Notes: generated from the letters alone by a model not told the origin. Positions 37,681-48,532 are shown, counted from the first letter of the stretch. The stretch is DNA of 64,000 bases from an uncultured Gemmatimonadales bacterium (GCA_963701965.1 OY969695.1:3392001-3456000); one strand, 5' to 3'. A program made the numbers and translations.

Positions 37681-40581
37681 ATGAAACTGGTTGTCAGTGT
37701 CTTCGCGCTCCTCACGAGCGCGACCGCGGCGCAATTGGGCGCGCAAACCTCCACGGGGGCAGTTGCCGGCGTCGTGCGCGACGCGGCGCATCGGCCCCTC
37801 TCTGGCGCCATCGTCCAGGTGATCGAATCCCACGTCGGTAAGGCTGCCGACGAGAACGGCACGTATCGCCTGGACCACATTCCGGCCGGCGCCGTGCGCA
37901 TGGTTGCACGAATTCCTGGTTACACGCCGGACACGGCTTCTGTGACGATCCTGGGAAGCCAAACAGTTGCGCACGACTTCGCCCTTCGGCCGACCAACGT
38001 CACCCTGGAAACCGTCACCATCGTCTCCCCCCGTATGAACGAGACGAAGGCGGCGGCGCTTCAGGAACAAAAGACATCGGATCTCACGGTGAGCGTGCTC
38101 TCGGGCGACGAGATCCGTTCCTTGCCCAATGCCAACGCGGCCGAAGCCGCCGCGCGCATCCCGGGCGTGACGTCGGAGCGGGACGAGGGGGAAGGCAAGT
38201 TCGTCGAGATTCGCGGGACGCCGCCGCAGTTCACCAACGTGATGATCGACGGCGTACACGTTCCGGGCACGCTGAGCGGCGATCGCTCGGTGAAGCTCGA
38301 CGACATCCCGTCGGATCTCCTCGGCGCCATTGAAGTCAGCAAGACGTTGACCGCCGACATGGAAGCGGACGCGATCGGCGGCACGGTCAACTTGGTGAGC
38401 AAGATCCCGGAAGGGTCGCCGCGCGGTTACATCGCGGGCCAGTACTCGCACCAGACGCTCGAGGCCAACTCGCAGGGTCAAGGCAGCTTGACGTACGGCG
38501 GCCGGGTCGGACCGAACCAGAAAATCGGATTCCTCCTCGGCGGCTCGTACGATCGGACGAACCGCACGATTCAGGATGTCGAGCCTACGTTCGCCGCGGA
38601 GAACGTGCAGGGCAACACGGTGACGCCAGTCGACAACGGGTCCGGGTTCAACCATGTGTACCCGAATGACTGGAGCCAGCGCGAATACAACTACTATCGG
38701 ACGCGCTACGGTATCAACGGCGATCTCGATTATCGGTTCTCGCCGACGTCAACCGTGTACCTGCGCGGTCTGTGGAGCGCGTTCTTCGACCAGGCCAACC
38801 GGTGGGTGACCGAGGTCGCGGCCGGCAACGATGTGCCGGGGAAGAACACGGTCACCGGCGCGTCGGTGAGCAACGAAGTGTCCAACCGCGGACCGGTCGA
38901 GCACACGTGGGGCCTGATCGGTGGCGGCAAGCACAACGCCGGTATCGTCCACCTCGACTACTCGGGCAACTGGACGGGCTCGTCGGCGACGACACACAAT
39001 CACTTCGACGATAAGTACGACGGGACGGGAGGTGGCCTCGGGGCCTTCAACTACAGCTACGCGGGATCCTCGCCCCTGGTGCCCCGATACACCGTGCTTC
39101 CGGCCGTCGCGGGTGCTTTGGAGACCGCCAACAACTACACGTTCAACAAGGTCTCGACCAGCAACGAGGCGATCGACGGCCAGGATTTCGGTGGCCAGGC
39201 GAACGCACTGATCCCGTTCTCGCTCGGCAGCCTGCCGGCGACATTCAAGTTCGGCGCGAAGTACTCGAACGAGCACAAGGCCGACACGCCGGACAACGGC
39301 ACGTTCACCTTCAACGGCACGACGATGCCGACTCTGGCGAATTTCCCGAGCCAGTACTCGCTCAACAACTTCTACGGCCACATCTGCCCGGGGTGCTACA
39401 TCAACGCACCGTTTGGCAGCATTCCGTCGGTGAACAGAGCCATCGCCGGGAACTCGAACTACTCGTTTGCCACCGACAACTTGGGCAACTTGCAATCGGC
39501 CTTCGCTGGCACGGAGCAGATCGCTTCGGCGTACGCGATGGGCACGGTCAATGTCGACCGGCTGCACATCAACGCCGGATTGCGTGTCGAGAACACCGCG
39601 GTGAGCTATGTGGCACACGTGGACACGACGCAGGCCGGCGCCAGCACAGCCAGCCAGCTCAACACCCTGCACAATCAGCACTCGTACACCAACGTCTTCC
39701 CCAGCGTCCTGCTCCGGTACTCGATCGACGACAACACGAACGTTCGGGCCGCCTTCACCCGCGGCATCTCCCGGCCGAACTACAGCGACCTGGCGCCGAC
39801 GTTCGCCGCGGCCAACGCCCTGCGGGGGTCGTTCACCAGCGCCATCAGCGCCGGCAACTCGGCTCTCTTGCCGGAGTACTCGTGGAACACGGATTTTCTG
39901 GTGGAGCACTACTTCCCGTCGGTCGGCGTGATCTCGGGAGGCGTGTTCTACAAGGACATCAGCAACTTCATTTTCTCGCGCACGGTGCGGTACACGGGTC
40001 AGGTGGCGAACGTCCCCCAACTGCTGCCCGATGCCACCGGATCCTATTTCATTAGTCAACCGCAGAACGGGCCGCACGCGTTCCTGTACGGCGCCGAGGC
40101 GGACTACACGCAACACCTGACGTTCCTACCGGGCGCGCTGCGCGGCATCGGTTTCGACGCCAACTGGACGTGGGTGTACTCGCGGGCAACAGTGCCGATG
40201 GACACGACGATCTACTCGACGCCGTTCCGCCACGCCCCGCTGCCCCGCCAGTTCCCCAACATCTTCAACGTCGCCCTGCTGTACGACTACTCGTCCGTGT
40301 CGGCGCGGCTCGCCGGCCAGTACACCGCGGCCAGCATTTTTCAGTACAACGCGGACGGCACGAGCAACCCCGAATCAGGCGACACGTACAACTACCCGCA
40401 CTGGCAGATCGACGGGTCGATCGTGTGGACCGTCTTTGGCCAGTCGGCGCTGCAGGCGCAGGTGCTCAATCTGAATAACGCCGTCTTCGGATTCTTCAAC
40501 GGCACGACGGGGCACCCGTACAACCTGCAGCGCGAGCTTTACGGCACGACGCTCTTCATCGGGGTGCGTCAGGGGTTCTGA
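37681..40581 (+). CDS. TonB-dependent receptor
   Basis: Signal peptide, plug (LPNANAAEAAARIPGV..GEGKFVEIRG, DAIGGTVNL), C-terminal Phe. Confidence 0.92.
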   Translation: MKLVVSVFALLTSATAAQLGAQTSTGAVAGVVRDAAHRPLSGAIVQVIESHVGKAADENGTYRLDHIPAGAVRMVARIPGYTPDTASVTILGSQTVAHDFALRPTNVTLETVTIVSPRMNETKAAALQEQKTSDLTVSVLSGDEIRSLPNANAAEAAARIPGVTSERDEGEGKFVEIRGTPPQFTNVMIDGVHVPGTLSGDRSVKLDDIPSDLLGAIEVSKTLTADMEADAIGGTVNLVSKIPEGSPRGYIAGQYSHQTLEANSQGQGSLTYGGRVGPNQKIGFLLGGSYDRTNRTIQDVEPTFAAENVQGNTVTPVDNGSGFNHVYPNDWSQREYNYYRTRYGINGDLDYRFSPTSTVYLRGLWSAFFDQANRWVTEVAAGNDVPGKNTVTGASVSNEVSNRGPVEHTWGLIGGGKHNAGIVHLDYSGNWTGSSATTHNHFDDKYDGTGGGLGAFNYSYAGSSPLVPRYTVLPAVAGALETANNYTFNKVSTSNEAIDGQDFGGQANALIPFSLGSLPATFKFGAKYSNEHKADTPDNGTFTFNGTTMPTLANFPSQYSLNNFYGHICPGCYINAPFGSIPSVNRAIAGNSNYSFATDNLGNLQSAFAGTEQIASAYAMGTVNVDRLHINAGLRVENTAVSYVAHVDTTQAGASTASQLNTLHNQHSYTNVFPSVLLRYSIDDNTNVRAAFTRGISRPNYSDLAPTFAAANALRGSFTSAISAGNSALLPEYSWNTDFLVEHYFPSVGVISGGVFYKDISNFIFSRTVRYTGQVANVPQLLPDATGSYFISQPQNGPHAFLYGAEADYTQHLTFLPGALRGIGFDANWTWVYSRATVPMDTTIYSTPFRHAPLPRQFPNIFNVALLYDYSSVSARLAGQYTAASIFQYNADGTSNPESGDTYNYPHWQIDGSIVWTVFGQSALQAQVLNLNNAVFGFFNGTTGHPYNLQRELYGTTLFIGVRQGF

Positions 40582-43400
40582 GCGAGGTGGTTCCAGTTCG
40601 CCATGGCGTTGAGCACCATGGCGAACGTCCCCTGCGATTCCCACCGCCACAACGGGCGGATGCCGAACGCGACAACGTGGCCCTTGCCGACCGGTGCGTC
40701 GACAAGGGCCGCTTTGCCGACAAGCTCCGGCGCGCCGACGAGTTGTCCCGACAGCAGCAGCGAGTCAGGGCGCGGGAAATAACGCAAGATCACGCGGGCC
40801 CGCCGGGCTTCCGCTTCCCGCAAGAACGTCGAATCCACGTCCGACGTCACGGCCAGCGTGTCTCGCGGCACGACGGTCAGCACGGGATCTCCCCCGAAGT
40901 ACACGGGGAAGCTCGCGGCGTCGTCGTAGCCGTACAGGATCGGACTGCCCTTCGCCACCTCCTGCACTTTCACGATCGAGCCCTGGACCCGCAAGGCGCG
41001 GCGCTCGACCGCCTGCATCGTCGGGTTCAATCCCAACGCGACGGCGAACGCGCTCGTCGACCCCTCCGTGATCAGCAGGCCGCCGCGCTCCACGAACGCG
41101 CGCAACGCCTCGGCGCCATCCAAACCCATGCCGGGCCGGACATCGTCCGTCGCATCCCACAACCCGAGGTTGGGCGTCGCCACCGTCTTCTTCCACGGCA
41201 CCGGCGGCCCGATCATCGGCCGCCCGTTCAATAGCGACGTCATCGGCGCGCCGACGTGCGGGAACACGATGACGTCGAATTTGTCCAACGCGCCAGGCTT
41301 GTGCAGCGATTGGTCGGCGATCGACGTGAATGGCACGCCCATCTGATCGAACGCAAATCGCACCCAACCCTCGTTTTGGGTCTCGAGCCACGTATGCAAG
41401 ATCGCGATACGCGGCAGCGTGATCGCGTGCGTCCTGACGGATGGCGCCGTCGCGGTCGCGACCGCTGCCAAGCCCAGGCCCACGACATCCTGTTTGGAAC
41501 CGCCTTGTATCATGAAAGTGCCAGCAGGGTACTGCTGATCGCCAACCGTGAACGAGGTGTCGGCGACCGCGAAGCGGGCGCCAGGCACCTTCCACGGCAA
41601 CGCCGCGGCCCGCCAATCGCCGGTGTTCCGCACGACCAGCGTGGCGCCGTCGCCCGTCACGTTGCCGGCCGGGACGGCATCGCGATCCAGCGGCGTCATG
41701 GCCGCAGCCAGTACGCTGGAATCGGCAATGGGATGCGCAATGACGTGCCGCAACAAGTCCATGGTCCAGCCGGTATCGTCGTACGGCGGCGGCTCCTGGG
41801 CCCCGAACTTCTGCGAGGCCAGCAGCGTGCGCACGGTGCCGGTGTACGGCTGATCCATGCGGACGATCCAGTCGCCACGGTGCACCGTGAGCGGCTTGGG
41901 TGCCGTGGGAGGCGGCGCGCTGTCGCCCGGCAACCGCGCGACGGTGTTGGAATCGCGCGGCGCCAGGTTCGATCCGAGGTCGACGGGCCGGGGCGCGATG
42001 TGCGTCGCGAAGTCGGACGACGCGACCTGGATCTCGGCGCCCTGCGCCCGGAACAAATTGACCAGCGCCGCAGCTTCGCCTGTATGCCGCTGATCGTGGG
42101 GGATCACCCAGGCGTACGGCGCGCTGGTCTGTCCCCGGCGGATGGTCCGCTCGACTTTGGCGGCGTAGTTGGTGAGAAAGGTCTCTTTGTTGTCGGCGAC
42201 GTACTTGAGCGCGATGAGAAGTCCCGACTCTTGATAGTTGATATTGGACCGAATGCACCACTTCACGCCGTTGACCGGCGGGTTGGACCGATCCCACCGG
42301 CGGTCGGTCGCGTCATTGCCCAGGTGCACAATGTGGCAGTCGGCGCCCATCGACGTATAGGTCTCGTAGAATCGGCCGATCGAGTTGTGCAGGCTGGCCA
42401 CGGAGAGGATCGTGTAGTTCGGGGCCCATCCGTCATAGTACCCGTGAGTCCACACGCCCGGCAGCCCGCGCCGCGTGAGCTCCGTCATCTCCTGATACGC
42501 GAGCGTGTGCAGCTCATCGACCAGGATGGGGTCGAACTCGTCGTTGTACGGACCCGTGCCCGTGCTCGTGTACAGGAACGGCACCGACTCGTGGAGGTCG
42601 TGCGCGATCTGCGGGTGCCACTCCAGGAACGTCTTCACCACGTTCTGCGTGAGCTTCTGCGACACGACCATGGCGTCGCGATTGTTGTCGTGCGCCGTGT
42701 ACTTGCCCCAGTACACGAGCGGCACACCGCGCTCGCCCACCTTGAGCGCGCGCGACTCCATCATCACGTCCACGGCGCGGTCGCGCCCGTCGGTCTCCAG
42801 CACGGGCGTCATGAGCGTGATCACCCCGCGCCGGATCGCCTGCACGTGCGGGGACTCATCGACGGCCAGACGATAGGCCAACTCCATCAGCATCTCGGGA
42901 CTGCCGGTCTCCGGGGAGTGGATCGAGCCGGTCATCCAGTAGATCGGCTTCGCCTCGCGGATCAGCCGCGCGCGCTCGTCGGCGCTCAACCCCCGCGTGT
43001 CGGACAGCCGCGCGATCTTCGCCTTGTAGTCATCGAGCGCCGCAATGGTCTGCTCGTCGCTGATGGCGACGGCCAGCATCTCGCGCCCCTCGTCGCTCAT
43101 CCCGGCCGAGAAGACCTTGACCCGGGGCGACGCGGCGGCCAACGCGCGAAAGTACTTGTTGATCTCGGCCACGTGGGACAGGCGTCCGACGGTGCCTGGC
43201 ACATAGCCGAGGACTTTGAGGGGCGTTGGGACCGTGGCCGACGCCGGCAGATAGTCGACGAACTCCGTCGAGAACTTCCATTTCGGATCGGTCGGCGTGA
43301 GCTCGCGAATGGCCCGCGTGTACGCCGAGTCGATCGGCTGTTGGGCGAGGAGTGGGGTACTAGCGAGCGTGAGCAGCGCGGCGATATTATGGAGTTTCAT
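40569..43400 (-). CDS. M14 family zinc carboxypeptidase-like protein
   Basis: IHSPE, DGRD, HDNNRD, HDLHE; signal peptide. Confidence 0.88.
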   Translation of the reverse strand: MKLHNIAALLTLASTPLLAQQPIDSAYTRAIRELTPTDPKWKFSTEFVDYLPASATVPTPLKVLGYVPGTVGRLSHVAEINKYFRALAAASPRVKVFSAGMSDEGREMLAVAISDEQTIAALDDYKAKIARLSDTRGLSADERARLIREAKPIYWMTGSIHSPETGSPEMLMELAYRLAVDESPHVQAIRRGVITLMTPVLETDGRDRAVDVMMESRALKVGERGVPLVYWGKYTAHDNNRDAMVVSQKLTQNVVKTFLEWHPQIAHDLHESVPFLYTSTGTGPYNDEFDPILVDELHTLAYQEMTELTRRGLPGVWTHGYYDGWAPNYTILSVASLHNSIGRFYETYTSMGADCHIVHLGNDATDRRWDRSNPPVNGVKWCIRSNINYQESGLLIALKYVADNKETFLTNYAAKVERTIRRGQTSAPYAWVIPHDQRHTGEAAALVNLFRAQGAEIQVASSDFATHIAPRPVDLGSNLAPRDSNTVARLPGDSAPPPTAPKPLTVHRGDWIVRMDQPYTGTVRTLLASQKFGAQEPPPYDDTGWTMDLLRHVIAHPIADSSVLAAAMTPLDRDAVPAGNVTGDGATLVVRNTGDWRAAALPWKVPGARFAVADTSFTVGDQQYPAGTFMIQGGSKQDVVGLGLAAVATATAPSVRTHAITLPRIAILHTWLETQNEGWVRFAFDQMGVPFTSIADQSLHKPGALDKFDVIVFPHVGAPMTSLLNGRPMIGPPVPWKKTVATPNLGLWDATDDVRPGMGLDGAEALRAFVERGGLLITEGSTSAFAVALGLNPTMQAVERRALRVQGSIVKVQEVAKGSPILYGYDDAASFPVYFGGDPVLTVVPRDTLAVTSDVDSTFLREAEARRARVILRYFPRPDSLLLSGQLVGAPELVGKAALVDAPVGKGHVVAFGIRPLWRWESQGTFAMVLNAMANWNHLAQNP

Positions 43401-43424
43401 ACCCGACTATACGCCGTCTCGGTC

Positions 43425-44852
43425 ATGAACGCTACGCGCGTGCTTTTGGCATCGCTGGCACTGGGCCTCCTGCCCGGGTGCAGTGGGCACAGCATGCACG
43501 CTTGTGTGTTGCTGCGGATCGCCGAGATGGGCCGCTGCGGTTTCGTTCGAGTCTACGAGAACCGCGCCCGTGCCGCGGGCCGGCAGATCGATCTCCGCGT
43601 GGTTGTCCTCCGCGCCCGCGGGCGCGAGGTGCTGCCCGACCCGATCGTCTTTCTCACCGGTGGGCCGGGCCTGGGAGCCGCCGAGGACGTCCGCTTCGCC
43701 GCGCGCGCCTTTCGCGCCTTCCGGCGCTACCAGGACGTGGTCTTGGTCGACCAACGCGGGACGGGACGCTCGGCGCCGCTCGACTGCGATCTGTACGGCG
43801 GTGGCGGCCTGCAGCCGTATCTCGATCCGACATTTCCCGCGCCACGCGTGAACGCCTGTCTCCATAAGCTCGAGGGTCGCCTGGATCCCGGCGCAGCCGG
43901 GATCAGTTCAACCGACACGGGATCTCGCGACGCGGAGCGTCACCGAGATCTGACGCAGTACACGACGGCCGTGGCGATGGACGACCTGGCCCAAGTCTTG
44001 ACGACCCTGGGCTACGGACAGGCCGATATCATCGGGGTCTCCTACGGCACCCGCGCCGCGCTCGTCTTTCTGCGCCGTCACCCGGACCGAGTGCGCACGG
44101 TGACCGCCGTGAGCGTGGTCCCGCCGGGCAAGCCGATCATGCTCGCCGCGCCGCGTGCCACGGCGCGGGCGCTCGCGGCGGCGGGCGCTAGCCAGGAAAT
44201 CGACACGCTCATGGCGCGCCTCCGTCGGGCGCCGGTCAGGGTGACGCTCTGGAATTGGCGCCGCCTCCGCCGGGAGACGGTCACGATCGGCCCGCGGGGT
44301 TTCGCCGAGCGCGTGTTCTCGTTGTTCTACAGCGCGTCCAGCGGGCGTCACGTCGTGCCCCTCCTGCGTCAGGCCATCGCCGGCGACTGGACCCCGTTCG
44401 CCCGGGTGGCGCTCGCCGAGAGTCGCGCCCGCCGGAGCGACCGGAGCGTGGGCATGACGCTCTCCGTCCTCTGCGCCGAGGACGCGCCGCGCTTCGCGGG
44501 TGTAGACACGGCAGCGCTCGCGGCGCAAAGCCCCCTGGGTCTCCCCGTAGCTGGAGAGCTATTGACCGCCTGCGCCGACTGGCCGCGAGGCCCGGTCGAT
44601 AGCGCGCCCTCCGGACTGACGCCACCCGTCCTCTTCGTGTCCGGCGCGCTCGATCCGGCCACCCCTCCCGAATGGGCTGACTCCGTCTCAGCGCAGCTCC
44701 CCAACAGCGCGACGATCGTCGTCCCCGGCGCCGGTCACTCGCCGGGCAATGAGGCGACGCTCGACCGCATCGCGTCCTTCGTGCGCAGTGCCCATATTCC
44801 GGAATGCCGGACCCCAGAGTCCTGCACGAGCAGGCCGAACGCGACAAAGTAA
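43425..44852 (+). CDS. Alpha/beta hydrolase lipoprotein (TAP-like peptidase)
   Basis: LPGC lipobox, GGPG, DQRGTGRS, GVSYG, DPATP, GAGH. Confidence 0.88.
   Translation: MNATRVLLASLALGLLPGCSGHSMHACVLLRIAEMGRCGFVRVYENRARAAGRQIDLRVVVLRARGREVLPDPIVFLTGGPGLGAAEDVRFAARAFRAFRRYQDVVLVDQRGTGRSAPLDCDLYGGGGLQPYLDPTFPAPRVNACLHKLEGRLDPGAAGISSTDTGSRDAERHRDLTQYTTAVAMDDLAQVLTTLGYGQADIIGVSYGTRAALVFLRRHPDRVRTVTAVSVVPPGKPIMLAAPRATARALAAAGASQEIDTLMARLRRAPVRVTLWNWRRLRRETVTIGPRGFAERVFSLFYSASSGRHVVPLLRQAIAGDWTPFARVALAESRARRSDRSVGMTLSVLCAEDAPRFAGVDTAALAAQSPLGLPVAGELLTACADWPRGPVDSAPSGLTPPVLFVSGALDPATPPEWADSVSAQLPNSATIVVPGAGHSPGNEATLDRIASFVRSAHIPECRTPESCTSRPNATK
43884..43950 (-). repeat. Two-hairpin palindromic element, in-frame copy inside hydrolase gene
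   Basis: Reverse complement GATCTCGGTGACGCTCCGCGTCGCGAGATCCCGTGTCGGTTGAACTGATCCCGGCTGCGCCGGGATC; bounded by GATC at 43884 and 43947, 63 bp apart. Confidence 0.88.
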
Positions 44853-45049
44853 AGAGCCTGACCCTGACGGCCATGGCCTGTCTGGGATGGTGCGCGCTCG
44901 GAATCTTTTGCCTGGGATGGTCGATGCACACGACCGACATGATGCTGGGCAGGGCGGCGTTCTGTGCCGGCGTCGGGATCGGCAACGGCGGTATTCTCTT
45001 CACCCTCCTCCACGCCTATCGGAAAGGCGAGCGACGCGGAGATTGGTAG
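44804..45049 (+). CDS. Small hypothetical two-helix membrane protein
   Basis: Two hydrophobic segments; stop lies 2 bp before the acetamidase start. Confidence 0.55.
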   Translation: MPDPRVLHEQAERDKVKSLTLTAMACLGWCALGIFCLGWSMHTTDMMLGRAAFCAGVGIGNGGILFTLLHAYRKGERRGDW

Positions 45050-45051
45050 AC

Positions 45052-46065
45052 ATGAAACTCCTGACCGTCCTCCTCGTCGCGCCGGCCCTCGTCGCGGCAC
45101 AGACTGGGCACGCACCAACGGTGCATCATCTGGCCGCGACGCCGGAGACCGTCGCCTGGGGCTACTATTGGTCCCAAGCCAAGCCGGCGATCCGCGTGCC
45201 ATCGGGCGACATCGTCGAAGTCGAGACCCTGCTCACATCGACGCCGGACCGGCTGGAAGGTGCGGGCGTAAAGCCCGCGGACGTCCAGCAGTCGCTCCGC
45301 GACATCACGACGAAGGTGACCGACAAGGGGCCGGGCGGCCACATCCTCACGGGCCCGGTCTACGTCGAGGGCGCCGAGCCGGGTGACGTGCTCGAGGTGC
45401 GTATCCTGTCGATTCGCCCGGCGATCGGCTACGGGTACAACGGCTGCCACGGGTTTCTGCCGGACAATTGCACGAATCCCGGCGGGATGCGGATCATCCC
45501 GCTCGACACCGTGCACATGGTCGCCTCCCTCGGCCCCGGCATATCCATTCCGTTGCATCCGTTCTTCGGGAGCATGGGCGATGCGCCGCCGCCGGACTCC
45601 GGTCGCCTCTCCAGCAACCCGCCGGGGACGCACGCCGGCAACATGGACAACAAGTACCTCGTGGCGGGGACGACGTTGTTCATTCCCGTGCACGTCGCGG
45701 GCGCGCTGTTCGAGATCGGCGACGGCCACATGGCCCAGGGCGACGGCGAAGTCGATCAGACGGCGATCGAGACGTCGCTCGTGGGCCGCGTCCAGCTCAT
45801 CGTCCGCAAGGACATGCATTTGACCTGGCCGCGCGCCGAGACGCCGGCGTACTGGATCACGATGGGGATGGACAAGGATCTGACGCAGGCCACGCGCGTC
45901 GCCGTGCAGGAGATGGTCGGGTTCATCGGCGGGAAATGGGGATTGTCGCCGATGGAGTCCTATCGGCTCGCCAGCGTGGCGGCCGATCTCCACATCACGG
46001 AGCTGGTCGACGGCAACGTCGGCGTGCACATGATGCTGCCCAAAGCGATCTTCGCGAAGCAGTAG
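45052..46065 (+). CDS. Acetamidase/formamidase family protein
   Basis: GHILTGPVYVEGAEPGD, GNMD, GDGHMAQGDGEV..AIE. Confidence 0.92.
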   Translation: MKLLTVLLVAPALVAAQTGHAPTVHHLAATPETVAWGYYWSQAKPAIRVPSGDIVEVETLLTSTPDRLEGAGVKPADVQQSLRDITTKVTDKGPGGHILTGPVYVEGAEPGDVLEVRILSIRPAIGYGYNGCHGFLPDNCTNPGGMRIIPLDTVHMVASLGPGISIPLHPFFGSMGDAPPPDSGRLSSNPPGTHAGNMDNKYLVAGTTLFIPVHVAGALFEIGDGHMAQGDGEVDQTAIETSLVGRVQLIVRKDMHLTWPRAETPAYWITMGMDKDLTQATRVAVQEMVGFIGGKWGLSPMESYRLASVAADLHITELVDGNVGVHMMLPKAIFAKQ

Positions 46066-46081
46066 CGCCGCGGGCGCCGCC

Positions 46082-46963
46082 ATGGCCTACAGCTTCCAGC
46101 TCCTGCGGGTCTTTGTTGCCGTGGCGCACCGCCAGAGCTTCACCCGGGCGGCCGCGCAGATGGGGCTGACGCAGCCCGGCGTATCGAAAGGCATTCGGGA
46201 ATTGGAGCGCCAGGCCGGGATGCGGTTGGTGGAGCGCACCCCGACCGGCGTTCGTCTGACCGACGCCGGGAACGTGCTGCTGGTACACGCGCGCGCCATT
46301 CTTGCCGAGGAGCGCGCCGCCGAGGACGCGATGCTATCGATGCGCGGGTTGGGGCGCGGATCCCTGCGCATCGGCGCCAGCCCCACGATCGCGACGTATC
46401 TCCTGCCCTCGTACGTGCAGGAGTTCAGCGCCCGGCATCCGGCGATCGATCTGCATCTCCAGACGGCGCCCTCCCGCGCGGTGGCCACCGCGCTCCTGGA
46501 ACGCGATCTCGACGTCGGGCTGATCGAGGCGGCGGTGCCGGACGATCCGCGGCTCAAGCTCATGCCCTGGCGCGAGGATGAGCTGGTGGTGATTGCGGCG
46601 CCGGGGCACCGGCTGGCGCCGCAAGCGCCGATCCCCATCGCCGCGTTGGCGGGGGAGATGATGGTGCTGCGGGAGCCGGGGTCGGGCACGCGCAAGGTCG
46701 TGCTCGACGTCCTCGCGCAGCACGGCATCACGCCGCAGCGGGTGATGGACGCCGACAGCGTCGAGGCCATCAAGCGCATCGTCGCCGCCGGTCTCGGGCT
46801 CTCCATCGTGTCGCGCGCCGCCATCGAGGACATGCTGGCGCTGCGACGGCTCGTCGTGTTGGAGATGACCGATGTCCGCATCACGCGGCCGTTGAGTCGG
46901 CTCGCGCTCAAGCGGGGTCAGACCGCCGCGGCCCGCGCTTTTCTGGCGCTCATGCAACCGTGA
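46082..46963 (+). CDS. LysR family regulator (CysL-like)
   Basis: SFTRAA..LTQPGVS, REPGSGTR. Confidence 0.92.
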   Translation: MAYSFQLLRVFVAVAHRQSFTRAAAQMGLTQPGVSKGIRELERQAGMRLVERTPTGVRLTDAGNVLLVHARAILAEERAAEDAMLSMRGLGRGSLRIGASPTIATYLLPSYVQEFSARHPAIDLHLQTAPSRAVATALLERDLDVGLIEAAVPDDPRLKLMPWREDELVVIAAPGHRLAPQAPIPIAALAGEMMVLREPGSGTRKVVLDVLAQHGITPQRVMDADSVEAIKRIVAAGLGLSIVSRAAIEDMLALRRLVVLEMTDVRITRPLSRLALKRGQTAAARAFLALMQP

Positions 46964-47312
46964 CGCTCACCAAGAGCACGGCCAACACCACGGCGCTGAT
47001 CGCCGTGTAGAGGCGGTCGCGCTCCCAGGCGAACGCCACGACGAGGAGCGCCACCCGCGTGATGGGTGTGGCGACGAGCACCAGGATGCCCAGTTGAAGC
47101 AGCGCCGCTCCGTCGAATGCGAGCACGCCGTGGGCGATGGTCGGGATGTTCCAACTGGCGGCCTCGCCCCGAAACGCGTGGTAGTCGACGGGTGCCGTTC
47201 CGTGCTGGGCGAAGTACACGCAGCCCCCGAGGACCGCGATGCCCGCGGCGAGCAGCACGCCGGCCCGCAGCATGCCCCCGACGATCCGCTCGACGCGCGA
47301 GTCGTCGGTCAC
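46950..47312 (-). CDS. DUF1634 membrane protein
   Basis: GGMLRAGV..LGILVLVATPITRV..ERDRLY; GTG start overlaps the TauE stop. Confidence 0.85.
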   Translation of the reverse strand: MTDDSRVERIVGGMLRAGVLLAAGIAVLGGCVYFAQHGTAPVDYHAFRGEAASWNIPTIAHGVLAFDGAALLQLGILVLVATPITRVALLVVAFAWERDRLYTAISAVVLAVLLVSVTVA

Positions 47313-48145
47313 ACGCCGCCCCAGATGCCCTTGACGATCATCTCTAGAGCGGTCGCGCCGAGGACTACGGTGAAGATCCGCCGCAGGATGCCGACCTGCG
47401 CGCGCTGCAGCAGGCGGGCGCCGAGCATCGCGCCGATCAGGACACCGAGCATCACGGGGCAGGCCAGGGCCGGATCGATGTAGCCGTGGCGCACGTAGAT
47501 GCCGGCGCTGGCAGCCGCCGTCACGCCGATCATGAAGTTGCTGGTCGTCGTCGAGACCTTGAACGGGATGCGCATGGCGCGGTCCATGGCCAGGACTTTG
47601 ACGGCGCCCGATCCCACGCCCAGAAGTCCCGAAAGCACGCCGGCGATCGCCATGAGCGAGAGGCCGGCCGGCACGTGTTGGACGGTATACGGCACGGGGC
47701 CGGCGGGGGTAGGTTGGAATCCACCGAGGCGCAAGCGTTCGGCGAGCGGGTCCGGCGGGCGCTCGGCCTGCGCGGTCGTGTCGGGTTGCGGCGCCCGGAT
47801 GGCCGAGTAAAGCAGCACGAGGCCGAACACCACGGAGATCGCGCGCGTCGAGACGTGGCTGGCGAGGACGGCGCCGCCGATGGCGCCGAGCGTCGTGGCG
47901 ATCTCGAGCAGGATCCCGACGCGCATGTTGGCGTACCCATCGCGCACGTACGTGGCGGCGGCGCCCGACAATGTGGCGATGACCGAGATGAGCGAGGCGC
48001 CAGCCGCGTACCGGAGATTGACGCCGAACACGAGCGTCAGGAGCGGGACCAGGATCACCCCGCCCCCGAGCCCCGTCAGCGCGCCCACGAGACCGGCCCC
48101 GACCGAACCACAGGCGACGAGGGCGGCGAACAAAGTCGCGGTCAC
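47309..48145 (-). CDS. Sulfite exporter TauE/SafE family protein
   Basis: GALTGLGGG, SGLLGVGSG, KVSTTTSNFMIGVTAAASA. Confidence 0.92.
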   Translation of the reverse strand: MTATLFAALVACGSVGAGLVGALTGLGGGVILVPLLTLVFGVNLRYAAGASLISVIATLSGAAATYVRDGYANMRVGILLEIATTLGAIGGAVLASHVSTRAISVVFGLVLLYSAIRAPQPDTTAQAERPPDPLAERLRLGGFQPTPAGPVPYTVQHVPAGLSLMAIAGVLSGLLGVGSGAVKVLAMDRAMRIPFKVSTTTSNFMIGVTAAASAGIYVRHGYIDPALACPVMLGVLIGAMLGARLLQRAQVGILRRIFTVVLGATALEMIVKGIWGGV

Positions 48146-48256
48146 GCGCGCATGGTACGTCCCGACGACGCCGTGCGCCATTGGGTGGCGGCGGCATGGG
48201 GACATGCCGTGGGGTTATCCCCCATCTATGACAAGCGCGTCCAGCCGACCGGCGCT

Positions 48257-48532
48257 CTACCCGACGACGATATCACGCTCCGCGGGGTGGCGTTCCAGCC
48301 ACGCTTTGACAAACCGGCATGTCGGCATGACCCGGAGCTTCTGGGCCCGCGCGTAGTCGAACGCCGCGCGGGCCAGCGCGGCCGCGGTGCCGTGCCCCCG
48401 CTCACTCTCCGGCACTTCCGTGTGCCGCAGGTCGATCGTCTTCTGATCCGGCCGCTCGTACGCCAGCTCCGCGTAGCCCCCGTCGAGGCGGATGAAGAAT
48501 CGCTGCCCCAGCGTGTCGTGCTCGACAGTCAT
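48257..48532 (-). CDS. Small GNAT acetyltransferase (YjdJ-like)
   Basis: HTEVPESERGHG..PTCRFV..HP. Confidence 0.88.
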   Translation of the reverse strand: MTVEHDTLGQRFFIRLDGGYAELAYERPDQKTIDLRHTEVPESERGHGTAAALARAAFDYARAQKLRVMPTCRFVKAWLERHPAERDIVVG

